A stretch of DNA of 64,000 bases from Candidatus Thalassarchaeaceae archaeon (GTDB taxonomy: Archaea; Thermoplasmatota; Poseidoniia; Poseidoniales; Thalassarchaeaceae): NCBI GenBank assembly GCA_943841885.1, contig CALSZZ010000002.1:28262-92261 (forward strand). The letters are read 5' to 3'. How positions within the stretch are numbered: the stretch's first letter is position 1; every line of letters begins with the position of its first letter. Below are positions 1 to 8,837 of the stretch, piece by piece. The position numbers and the translations under genes are program-made. The notes under the pieces are model-generated. The model saw nothing but the letters and a program-made list of their open reading frames with translations. It did no database searches and was not told where the DNA came from.

Positions 1-1357
1 TTGCATTAGGGTTAGATAATTTTGATGTAATATTTTCAGATTCACTATTGATATATCTTTCAACTAAAGTTTCAACCTCTTGATTTCCCTTTGCTAGTAT
101 CCATGATTCGCCTCTATTATCATATTTCGGCCTTCCAGCCCTCCCCATCATTTGCTTTACTTCCATTACTGAAATAGGGATATTGGTACCCGCTATGGTA
201 TTCCACCGCTTATGGTCCCGAATTATCACTCTACGGGCAGGTAAATTAACTCCTTGCGCCAAGGTCGGTGTCGCTACCAAACAATTTATTTTTCCATCCC
301 TAAATGCCTCTTCTATTTTCTTTCTATGGAAATTACCAAGTCCAGCATGATGGAATCCAATACCACCTTTTATTGATGATATCAATTTTTTGGATAAAGC
401 AGAAGATTCTCTATTTTTAGATAAGGACATGGATAAATCTTCCCATAAAGAAATATTTTTTTTAGAATAAATAGAACTATCATTACTTGATTTCTTTAGA
501 ACATACTTGGATAAATCTCTAGCTTCCTTCTGTGCCGAAGCCCTTGATGCAACAAAAATTAGTAACTGTCCTCCAAATTCCACAACATCATCAAGTACTG
601 CACATAACTTTTGAGATTCTTTACCAATAATTATTCTATTTTTTGGAAGCTCCTCTTTTTTCTTACTATCAATTTTATGAATACTTACTTCCAATCCATT
701 TAATATTCCATATTCTAAAGACACTGGACGCCAACTAGAATTAATCAATTTAGCATTTAACCATTTAGACAAGCTTTCTGAATTACCTACCGTAGCTGAT
801 AATGCTATTATTTGAACATCTGGCTTTCTATGTCTAATTCTCGAAATCACTATTTCTAGAGTTGGCCCTCTTCTAGAATCATTCATCAGATGAAATTCAT
901 CCACTACTAAAATTCCTATTTTATCCATTATATTAGATTTTGTACGAATCAATGAATCAAGTCTTTCACTAGTACAAATAATTATATCTGCATTTTCTAT
1001 TGATGAGGATTCTACTTCTCTATCTCCAGTGGCCATTCCTACTTTCAAATCTGTATTCTTGGCAATTTCACTCAAATCATTAAATTTTTCTTGAGCCAAT
1101 GCTTTTAGGGGAACAACGTAAATTGCCCTTTGTCCTACTAAATCATTAGTTAATCTATGAATTATCGTAAGATAAGCAATTAACGATTTTCCACTTGCAG
1201 TAGGAATTGTAAGTAAAATATTACTGCCATTCAATGAATGTGGCAAGGATTCTTTTTGAGGTGGAAATAATTCTTTTATTTCCCATTCTTTTTCTAAAAA
1301 CGATATGATATTCTTATCTAAACCAAAAGAGACAAGTTGATCCGAATGATGCTTCAC
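1..1357 (-). CDS. Hel308/Ski2-like superfamily 2 DNA/RNA helicase; N-terminal ~450 aa, C-terminus lies beyond the window edge
   Basis: Not in the ORF track because it runs off the edge. My translation of the minus strand from a GTG at 1357 gives VKHHSDQLVSFGLDKNIISFLEKEWEIKELFPPQKESL... It carries helicase motif I (IPTASGKSLIAY), motif II (VVDEFHLM), motif III (LSATVGN), GFHHAGL, VATPTLAQGVNLPA and motif VI (QMMGRAGRP). An in-frame stop lies just upstream of the GTG. Confidence 0.85.
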   Translation of the reverse strand, partial: MKHHSDQLVSFGLDKNIISFLEKEWEIKELFPPQKESLPHSLNGSNILLTIPTASGKSLIAYLTIIHRLTNDLVGQRAIYVVPLKALAQEKFNDLSEIAKNTDLKVGMATGDREVESSSIENADIIICTSERLDSLIRTKSNIMDKIGILVVDEFHLMNDSRRGPTLEIVISRIRHRKPDVQIIALSATVGNSESLSKWLNAKLINSSWRPVSLEYGILNGLEVSIHKIDSKKKEELPKNRIIIGKESQKLCAVLDDVVEFGGQLLIFVASRASAQKEARDLSKYVLKKSSNDSSIYSKKNISLWEDLSMSLSKNRESSALSKKLISSIKGGIGFHHAGLGNFHRKKIEEAFRDGKINCLVATPTLAQGVNLPARRVIIRDHKRWNTIAGTNIPISVMEVKQMMGRAGRPKYDNRGESWILAKGNQEVETLVERYINSESENITSKLSNPNA

Positions 1358-1470
1358 AACAACTCTCTTATCCGGCCGTTCTAAAGGATACCGCAAAATT
1401 ACTAAAATATTTATTGTAGAAACATTCTTTATTATTTTTGATAATTATATATTTTAAAAACTAAATAGCC

Positions 1471-1947
1471 TCATTCCCATCTGTGGTATGCCGGATGATT
1501 TTCTTTTATTGCAACAAAAACTCCTTCTCCAGTTGCACAAATTTTCCCCTCCGCTTTCATAGTTAAACCTACTTTAACCATTTTTTCTTTAATTTCTATG
1601 ACTTCTCCTTGGATGAATAGTTTTGAATTTGCAGGAGTCGGTCTTCTTAGTTTAACACTATAAGAAGCCGTTACTGTACAGGGAGGATTTTCTTCTCCCG
1701 ATTCATCCATTAGTGCTATTGCTGCTACCCAATTACCGTGACAATCTAGTAAGGTTCCAATTATCCCTCCATTAATCACACCTGGGAAAGCCTGATGTTC
1801 TTGAGATGTTTCAAACTCCATTTCTAAACCTTTATCATTTCTATATGATTTAATTCTCAAACCTCTTTTATTTGCTGGTCCACATCCAAAACATATACTA
1901 TTTGCAGCATATTTTTCTTGTAACGACGACCCCTCTCCTGCGCTCAT
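1471..1947 (-). CDS. PaaI/hotdog-fold acyl-CoA thioesterase family protein
   Basis: 158 aa with an N-terminal CxxC (CFGCGP) followed by a hotdog-type core (FPGVINGGIIGTLLDCHGNW, then a long central segment); ATG start. Confidence 0.6.
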   Translation of the reverse strand: MSAGEGSSLQEKYAANSICFGCGPANKRGLRIKSYRNDKGLEMEFETSQEHQAFPGVINGGIIGTLLDCHGNWVAAIALMDESGEENPPCTVTASYSVKLRRPTPANSKLFIQGEVIEIKEKMVKVGLTMKAEGKICATGEGVFVAIKENHPAYHRWE

Positions 1948-2019
1948 ATACTGTCAAGTTATGCCATATGAATTCAATTATTCGCTTAATAATAAGCACA
2001 CACTATTAATTCAGTTCCC

Positions 2020-3399
2020 TTGCGAGGCATGTTGACTGGTGTGGAAAAAGAAAGCGATATTGATTCATTAATCTCAAAAGAATCAGTTAATAAAATAGTA
2101 CCTAGATCTAAGAAGAGACGCTTTGGACCACTTAAAGTGGCTAATCAAATACCTAAAAGTAGACGTCTTGAGATAGAAAAAGGTTTAGAAAAATCTTCTA
2201 AATTATCTAATAAATGGACAAGAGAGGTAGGAGTCAAGACTCATAATTTTTTGAGGAAAAGAATAAAGCCTGGAGAAATAAGAACTATACCATTTAATTT
2301 ACTTGACGTAAAAATAGGCGATTCATGGCCAATAAATGTTACAGTTCTTCATGGCGTGAGGCCGGGGCCAATTGTAACATTATTGGGAGCAATACATGGC
2401 GATGAATTAGTTGGACCTCTAGCTTTGACATATCTGTCCGGGCCTAATTTCCTAGGAGAAGGGAATGCACTCGATCCTTCTATGATGTCTGGAACAGTTA
2501 GAATCATTTCAGTATTAAATCTACCCGGATATAGGAGACAAAGTAGATATTTCCCTGATGGAAGGGACTTGAATAGATTTTTTCCGGGTTTGTATGATAG
2601 TAATACTACTTCAAGGGTTGCGCATAGAATCTGGTCCCAATTAATTTCAGGAAGTGACTATATCATAGACCTACATGCAGCCGCTAAAGGAAGAACAAAT
2701 ATTCCACAAATACGCGTTAATCTTGCCCACTCTCCTAGTAATTTTACAGCCCGATCATTCGGAATCGAAACTATTTTAGATACCAAAGGACCGAGAGGTT
2801 CGCTTAGAAGAACTGCAAATCAAGAAGATATCGCTTGTATTACCTATGAAGGTGGAGGTTCTGATGAAGCTGATCCAGAATCAGTACAAGTTGCTATGTA
2901 TGGTATTTTGAACGTTTTAAGAAGCTTAAGGATGATCCCTGGATATCCCAGCCGCCCAAGATTTAGACTCTTGGCAACAGGTTCGGATTGGATTAGATCC
3001 GACCAAGGGGGGCTATTAGATGTACTAGCTCCTGCAGGAAGTTATGTAGAGGAAGGTGAAATCGTAGCAACCGTAACTGACCCACATGATCCGGGAACAA
3101 GTCATGACATAATATCTCCAAAACAAGGACTTCTCATAAGTACTGCAACATCGCCTTTTGTTACTTCTGGAACTCCAATTGGAAATTTATTACCAGTTAA
3201 GAGAGGAGTCAATACTCTAATGGATCGTTTAGATGAAGAGGGCTGTCTAATTATCAGTGGCTCAGACGGAGATCCTCCTTGGAGAGATGATGACGATATT
3301 GAGGATATTTCTGTTTCCGGTGAATGGTCCGGAGGCTCCCCTGATGCCGAATGGGGATTATCTAATGATAAAATATCGCAAGAAGAAGAAGATTCCTAG
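2020..3399 (+). CDS. Succinylglutamate desuccinylase/aspartoacylase (AstE/AspA, M14-like zinc hydrolase) family protein with an acidic C-terminal tail
   Basis: Motifs GAIHGDELVG, LNLPGYRRQSRYFPDGRDLNRFFPG and DYIIDLHAA are typical of the family. The track start at 2020 is TTG; an ATG at 2029 is an alternative. Confidence 0.7.
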   Translation: MRGMLTGVEKESDIDSLISKESVNKIVPRSKKRRFGPLKVANQIPKSRRLEIEKGLEKSSKLSNKWTREVGVKTHNFLRKRIKPGEIRTIPFNLLDVKIGDSWPINVTVLHGVRPGPIVTLLGAIHGDELVGPLALTYLSGPNFLGEGNALDPSMMSGTVRIISVLNLPGYRRQSRYFPDGRDLNRFFPGLYDSNTTSRVAHRIWSQLISGSDYIIDLHAAAKGRTNIPQIRVNLAHSPSNFTARSFGIETILDTKGPRGSLRRTANQEDIACITYEGGGSDEADPESVQVAMYGILNVLRSLRMIPGYPSRPRFRLLATGSDWIRSDQGGLLDVLAPAGSYVEEGEIVATVTDPHDPGTSHDIISPKQGLLISTATSPFVTSGTPIGNLLPVKRGVNTLMDRLDEEGCLIISGSDGDPPWRDDDDIEDISVSGEWSGGSPDAEWGLSNDKISQEEEDS

Positions 3400-6300
3400 T
3401 TATTTTTATCTTCTAAATTAATAAGATCTGTTATTATAGGCGCGGGTGGTAAATTTATATTTCCATTTCTAGAATTGGAAATTTTGGAAACCTCAAAAGC
3501 ATCATATGCATCTTTTATATTTTTATTATTATTTACTCTAATTACAATTGCCACTCCCATTACAGAAATCAATACTATGAAAACAAACATTCCAATAATT
3601 CCCGAGGTAGTGCCTAGAAAAGATACCATATTAGTATTTTCTTTAGAATTCTTAATCCATACATCTGTTTTAATTTCCCATGTTAATTCGGTTTCTATTC
3701 CTAAATCAGTAATTATTACTGTAATATTTTGATTTTTATTACCTTCTAAACACAAGTGTGTTTCTAAAGGGACCCTAAATTGATTATTACAATCCAAAGG
3801 AGATAAAAATAACCTTATCCCATTAGATGAAGTATTATTTGTTATTGTAAAATTCTCAAATTTCCATAAAATAGTTCTTTCTATATTACTAGGAATACCT
3901 TCTATATTGATGATTAGTGATTTATTACCAGAATCCCAATAATACTGTTGATTATAATCTGGAGTAGTACTTATGAAATCCAGTCGTGTGACATTTTCAT
4001 CTATTTCATCATTGCAATTATCATCAATTCCATTCCATAATTCCGCCATTCCTGAATTTATTTGAAACGCTAAATCGTTACAATCTTCAAATTCATAATA
4101 ACCATCAGAATCTTTATCATAATCATATTTTGTTGGGTCTGAAAACTTTTGTAATATCTCTATTCCATCCTCTATTCCATCATCATCAGAATCATTATCT
4201 GAGGGATTTGTACTATAATTATGATATTCAGAGTAGTCAGAGATATCATCATAATCGCTATCTAGGTACCAAAAAGTTTCATCAATCAAATTATCACAAT
4301 CATTATCTTTATTATCTAATTTCTCAGGTTTATCTGGTGCTCTTTCAAAATCTTCATCATCACAATCTTGGAATTCATACCATCCATCAGCATCAATATC
4401 TAAATCTGTTTCATTGGGATTGGAGTTGAATGAATTCACCTCTATGCCATCTGGTAAACCATCTCCATCAGAGTCTCCATTCAAGTGATTAGTGGAATAA
4501 TTATGATACTCTTCAAAATCAGTGAGTCCATCTGAATCAGAGTCTAATAGTAAAAAATCTTCGTCTATGGAGTTATCGCAATCATTGTCGACATTATCCA
4601 GTTTTTCATCCATATTTGGATATCTATTGGAGTTATTATCATCACAATCTTGGAACCAATACCATCCGTCTGAGTCCTGATCTAAATCTGATACTAATGG
4701 GTCAGTCTCATACACGATTACTTCTTCATAATCAGTTAGCCCATCTTCATCAGAATCAGAATTATTAAAATCAGTCCCATAAATATGATATTCTTCATAA
4801 TCTATCAAACCATCATTATCTAAATCTGTTTGACTATATCCTTCATCAATAACTTCGTTACAGTTATCATCAACTCCATTTAGGATCTCAACCATATCTG
4901 GATTTATCAGAGAATCATTATCATTACAGTCTTGAAAGTGATAAAAAGAGTCTCCATCATTATCGAGATTCGCAACATTAGGGTCTGTACCCCAAATATT
5001 CAATTCATCAATGTCTGATAACCCATCCTCGTCTGAATCTGCAACTAAAGGATTTGTTCCATACGTAATGACCTCTTCGTAATCCGTTAGTCCATCGACG
5101 TCAGTATCTGCAACATCGGCTTTAGTATTGTAGATTATTACTTCTTCATAATCTGTTAAACCATCATCATCCATGTCTGGATTATATGGATCGGTACCAA
5201 ATACCTCAGTTTCATTTTCATCACTCAAACCATCTCCATCATCATCTGAATCTATAAAATCACATATTCCATCTCCATCAAAGTCAAGTGGTGTTGAACT
5301 ATTGTCAATAGAACTCGTGTTACATGAATATTCTCCTTCATCTGACCACCCATCATCATCATCATCTGAATCTATAAAATCACATATCCCATCTAAGTCT
5401 ACATCGTTGGGCTGAGAATTCTGATCTGTTGAGTTTGTTTCACAATTTTCTTCTTCTTCGTCTGACCATCCATCTCCATCATCATCTGAATCAATATTAT
5501 CACAAATATTATCATTATCTATATCGGATGGAGTAGAATTTGAATCTAATGAATCTGTACCGCAACTAGATTCATCTATATCTGACCACCCATCTCCATC
5601 ATCATCAGTGTCTGTAAAGTCACTTATCCCATCTTGATCAGTATCTGTGTAATTTCCCATTCCGTGAATTATCATTTCCCAATAATTTAGAGTCCCTGTA
5701 TCTGAGCTGACAGTGTCTCTTATCTTTAATTTCCATTCACCCACAGCCTCTTCTCCCCAATGGTGGACAGTATTGAACATCCAATCTGAGTATCCATTAC
5801 CATTATCATTTCTGGCCTCAGCTAACCATGATTCTTTACCCGATGGAGATACCAATACTATATCCAAATCCCCTCTGGAAGTATGGGTAATATCTGTTAT
5901 CAAATCTATACTTTCTATGCTGATATCAGAGGTAATATTTAGTGAAAATTCACTCCATTGATTATTATTGTCAGGAATCCCTACTCCGGGTGTGAATGGA
6001 CCATATGAGAAATTACTTTCGTAATCAACATTTGTCCAATTCTCTGCTAATGAAACTGCAGAACCAGCGTCAACAACTCCAAATCCATATTTATGCGATA
6101 CTTGTAATCCGGCCCCATTAATTTCCCAAGATGAATCATTCTCATCATTAACTCTAGAACTTTGTACCAATATGTGTTGGACATCTCTCCATGTCAAATT
6201 TACATTAGCTTCTAAAATTAGGGCGATTACTCCCGCAGCGAGAGGAGTCGCACTAGAAGTTCCACCAAAATTATCAGTGACATCTCCATTGCTATATCCT

Positions 6301-7454
6301 CCACTTCCTTCATTATCAGTGGTAGTTATGCCCTCTCCATCTCCATTGGAATGTGCTGCAACTAGTATGTTTGCACCCGGTTCAGCATAGTATGACTGTT
6401 CACCAAGATGATTTATTGCTGTAACTGCTATGGTATATCTACTATTTGCATATCCGTCATAGTTAGCATTATCATCATCTTCTAAACCATTTCCAGCAGC
6501 CCATGTGTAAATATTTCCTAAACCAGATCTTCCTTGATAGGCTCCATTTTCTATTGCAGCCAAAGTTAATGCACCTGGGGCTTCTAATGTTTGTCCATCA
6601 TCTGAAGGCCCCCAAGAATTTGTGTAGATGTCAATATCATCACTTTGAAAACTCAATGCATCGGCTTCCATTTCATCACTAGTTCCACATGCGATTAACG
6701 TAGACCCCGACAAACTAGCTCCAAAAGATGCACCTGTCACATCTATTCCATTATCTCCTACAGCAGCAGCCACGCCCCCTGCAGCAGTTCCATGGCCATC
6801 CCATGAGTTCGGACTGGGGTCTGGATCGTCATTGCACCAATCAAAAGAGAATGTTGAATTATAATTACCTTCTATATCTGGATGCTCATGATCTAGGCCA
6901 TCATCAACTACACTAATAAATATCCCTGTACCATTGTACTTATTCCACACGCCAGTCACATTGATATCTTCGCCAGACAATCCTCCTGTTTGACCGGTAT
7001 TTTGTAGGTGCCATTGCTCATCAAAATCAGGATCATTAGGGATATATCTTACGTCTTGAAATTTTTCTGTTAGTGGATAAAAGTACTCAATATCTCCAGA
7101 TTTAATTAATTTATTTAATCCATCCATGGCATCAGATGATTCTTCAAATTTCCATATATATGTTCCTTGTAAAAATTCAAAATCCTCAGTTTCAAAGGAT
7201 GCTGATATCAGATTACTATGATATTCTAATGGATATCCTGTAACTACCACCCAATCGTTAGTTTGTGAAAGCGTAGTATCTTGGTATTGACTTAAATCGC
7301 TTAATCTAGAAAAAGAAATCTGAACTGATTTTGAATACTTTTCAGTAATATTAGTTTCTAGTTGTATCTCTAATAACAAATCTTCCTGATTTTCGGCATC
7401 TACTAAACTAATGGGTGCTAGTATCAACAAAGTAACAAGTAGTGCTCCCCGCAT
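3396..7454 (-). CDS. Secreted, C-terminally membrane-anchored kexin/furin-like subtilase (peptidase S8) with a proprotein-convertase P-domain, calcium-binding TSP3-like repeats and Cys-containing DCDD...DNDC..IDE repeats
   Basis: Signal peptide MRGALLVTLLILAPISLVDA. Catalytic triad contexts are VVDDGLDHEHPD (Asp), WDGHGTAAGGVAA (His) and GGTSSATPLAAGV (Ser). Kexin-type SWGPSDDGQTLEAPG is present. P-domain-like segment: THTSRGDLDIVLVSPSGKESWL...GEWKLKIRD...LNYWEMIIHG. An Asp-rich repeat region of about 550 aa follows, then a C-terminal TM helix (IIGMFVFIVLISVMGVAIVI) and a short tail. Confidence 0.85.
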   Translation of the reverse strand: MRGALLVTLLILAPISLVDAENQEDLLLEIQLETNITEKYSKSVQISFSRLSDLSQYQDTTLSQTNDWVVVTGYPLEYHSNLISASFETEDFEFLQGTYIWKFEESSDAMDGLNKLIKSGDIEYFYPLTEKFQDVRYIPNDPDFDEQWHLQNTGQTGGLSGEDINVTGVWNKYNGTGIFISVVDDGLDHEHPDIEGNYNSTFSFDWCNDDPDPSPNSWDGHGTAAGGVAAAVGDNGIDVTGASFGASLSGSTLIACGTSDEMEADALSFQSDDIDIYTNSWGPSDDGQTLEAPGALTLAAIENGAYQGRSGLGNIYTWAAGNGLEDDDNANYDGYANSRYTIAVTAINHLGEQSYYAEPGANILVAAHSNGDGEGITTTDNEGSGGYSNGDVTDNFGGTSSATPLAAGVIALILEANVNLTWRDVQHILVQSSRVNDENDSSWEINGAGLQVSHKYGFGVVDAGSAVSLAENWTNVDYESNFSYGPFTPGVGIPDNNNQWSEFSLNITSDISIESIDLITDITHTSRGDLDIVLVSPSGKESWLAEARNDNGNGYSDWMFNTVHHWGEEAVGEWKLKIRDTVSSDTGTLNYWEMIIHGMGNYTDTDQDGISDFTDTDDDGDGWSDIDESSCGTDSLDSNSTPSDIDNDNICDNIDSDDDGDGWSDEEEENCETNSTDQNSQPNDVDLDGICDFIDSDDDDDGWSDEGEYSCNTSSIDNSSTPLDFDGDGICDFIDSDDDGDGLSDENETEVFGTDPYNPDMDDDGLTDYEEVIIYNTKADVADTDVDGLTDYEEVITYGTNPLVADSDEDGLSDIDELNIWGTDPNVANLDNDGDSFYHFQDCNDNDSLINPDMVEILNGVDDNCNEVIDEGYSQTDLDNDGLIDYEEYHIYGTDFNNSDSDEDGLTDYEEVIVYETDPLVSDLDQDSDGWYWFQDCDDNNSNRYPNMDEKLDNVDNDCDNSIDEDFLLLDSDSDGLTDFEEYHNYSTNHLNGDSDGDGLPDGIEVNSFNSNPNETDLDIDADGWYEFQDCDDEDFERAPDKPEKLDNKDNDCDNLIDETFWYLDSDYDDISDYSEYHNYSTNPSDNDSDDDGIEDGIEILQKFSDPTKYDYDKDSDGYYEFEDCNDLAFQINSGMAELWNGIDDNCNDEIDENVTRLDFISTTPDYNQQYYWDSGNKSLIINIEGIPSNIERTILWKFENFTITNNTSSNGIRLFLSPLDCNNQFRVPLETHLCLEGNKNQNITVIITDLGIETELTWEIKTDVWIKNSKENTNMVSFLGTTSGIIGMFVFIVLISVMGVAIVIRVNNNKNIKDAYDAFEVSKISNSRNGNINLPPAPIITDLINLEDKNN
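3990..4960 (-). repeat. Four in-frame super-repeats of ~290 bp (~97 aa) inside the protease gene, each combining DxDxDG..DY.E (TSP3-like) units with one W/Y-x-F-Q/E-DC-D/N-D...DNDCDN.IDE motif
   Basis: Protein segments FYHFQDCNDNDSLINPDMVEILNGVDDNCNEVIDE, WYWFQDCDDNNSNRYPNMDEKLDNVDNDCDNSIDE, WYEFQDCDDEDFERAPDKPEKLDNKDNDCDNLIDE and YYEFEDCNDLAFQINSGMAELWNGIDDNCNDEIDE recur at regular spacing. Coordinates are approximate. Confidence 0.7.
5221..5660 (-). repeat. Tandem ~120-bp (40 aa) in-frame repeats encoding D.DDDGDGWSD...C......D.D.D.ICD.ID units
   Basis: On the plus strand, atcatctgaatctataaaatcacatat is identical at about 5241-5267 and 5361-5387. Related units begin at about 5341, 5461 and 5581 (tctgaccacc/tctgaccatc). 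Confidence 0.7.
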
Positions 7455-7517
7455 TTTTAAGGCTTCAATTCATTTTCCCTATATGTATTTGTATTGAAAG
7501 TTCATATGTTTGATATT

Positions 7518-8774
7518 CTAATTATTATGAAATTTTTCTATAGAGTTATGTATTTCTTCATCTTCCATCAATTTTCTTTGGTTTTTTGCAACATTGAACA
7601 TATATTCGACTAATTTATCCGTAATTTCATATCCATTATTTTTTAACCACCAAATTATATTTGATCTTCCACTCATATGTCCTATTCTTATTACCTGTTT
7701 CAATCCATAATCAGTTGCTGGAACGCCAGAATAAATTCTATCCGCTAGCCAATGATCTCCCTTATCCATGGCTTTTACAACGGCGGACGCATGAACGCCA
7801 GTTCCTGTTTCAAAAGCATCATTGCCAAAAATAGGATAATTTCTTGGTAATGGGATCTTAATATATTCATGAGCCTTTTTGATATACTCATCCAATGCAG
7901 TCAAATCGTTACTAATGACGCCCATCAAACTAAGGTTAACGAGTGTTTGATCTAGAGGGGCATTACCTGCTCTTTCTCCAATACCTAATGCAGTTCCATG
8001 GATGACATCTGCACCAGATTCGAATGCAGCAATATTATTCGCAACTCCAAGCCCCCTATCTTGATGGCCATGCCAGTTTACTTCTATATTTCTTCTCTTA
8101 AAACCAGCATCAGGAATTACCTCATTTTGTATAAATGAAAGTAATTTATTTACTCCATTTGGAGTTACATGACCACAAGTATCACAAATACAAATCCTTT
8201 CAACTCCAAGTTCCAAAGCACGAGTATAAACTTCTTTGATGTCTTCGGGTTTGCTGCGAGTAGTATCTTCAGTAACAAACATAACTGGGACATCATTCTC
8301 AATTGCAAAACTAACAGCCTTTTCAGCAGTAGACAAGATCTTTTCCATATTCCATCCTTCTGTATATTGACGAATAGGACTAGTTCCAAGAAAAGCACTT
8401 GCCTGAATTTCACAGTCATATTTAGATTGTAAATCAATCAAAGGAGTAATATCACTTACAAGTGTTCTAACTGCACATCCAGGCCTTATTTCATATGATT
8501 TATCTTTAATGTGAGAGAGCATTGAATCAATGTGCTCAATATGAAATTGACCTGCGCCGGGTAATCCCAGATCAACTTTTTGAATACCTATTTTTTCCAT
8601 ATAGTCTATCAATTCTATTTTTTGCTCTATTTTTGGGTTGTTTGCGCTAGGACTTTGTAGTCCATCACGAAGTGTCTCATCATCAAACCATAATTCATGA
8701 GGATGATTTTCGGACACTCTCTTGATATCATAGTCAATTTCATTCCAATCATAGATTAATTCCTTCTCATCCAT
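7518..8774 (-). CDS. HMGL-like 2-isopropylmalate synthase/homocitrate synthase family protein
   Basis: DETLRDGLQSP near the N-terminus; HGHQDRGLGVANNIAAFESGADVIHGTALGIGERAGNAPLDQ is a TIM-barrel metal-site signature. I prefer the ATG at 8774 (MDEKEL...), which follows GAGGGGT, over the TTG at 8807. Confidence 0.65.
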   Translation of the reverse strand: MDEKELIYDWNEIDYDIKRVSENHPHELWFDDETLRDGLQSPSANNPKIEQKIELIDYMEKIGIQKVDLGLPGAGQFHIEHIDSMLSHIKDKSYEIRPGCAVRTLVSDITPLIDLQSKYDCEIQASAFLGTSPIRQYTEGWNMEKILSTAEKAVSFAIENDVPVMFVTEDTTRSKPEDIKEVYTRALELGVERICICDTCGHVTPNGVNKLLSFIQNEVIPDAGFKRRNIEVNWHGHQDRGLGVANNIAAFESGADVIHGTALGIGERAGNAPLDQTLVNLSLMGVISNDLTALDEYIKKAHEYIKIPLPRNYPIFGNDAFETGTGVHASAVVKAMDKGDHWLADRIYSGVPATDYGLKQVIRIGHMSGRSNIIWWLKNNGYEITDKLVEYMFNVAKNQRKLMEDEEIHNSIEKFHNN

Positions 8775-8837
8775 TGCGACCCCTCTTCCATTTTTAATCT
8801 TCAACAAGCCACACAGTGCTTCAAACCATCGGGAGTT

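Noticed and set aside
4130-4429. His/Tyr-rich 99-aa plus-strand ORF, together with similar plus-strand ORFs at 3475-3732, 5173-5415, 5713-5961, 6172-6390 and 6728-6916
   Set aside because: All lie antisense to the well-supported protease gene. The odd composition is the mirror image of Asp/Asn-rich GAT/GAC/AAT codons, and no start context or motif supports them.
8165-8437. Paired 87-90-aa ORFs on both strands inside the isopropylmalate-synthase-like gene
   Set aside because: Both are out of frame with, or antisense to, a gene with clear HMGL-family motifs. They are low-complexity translations.
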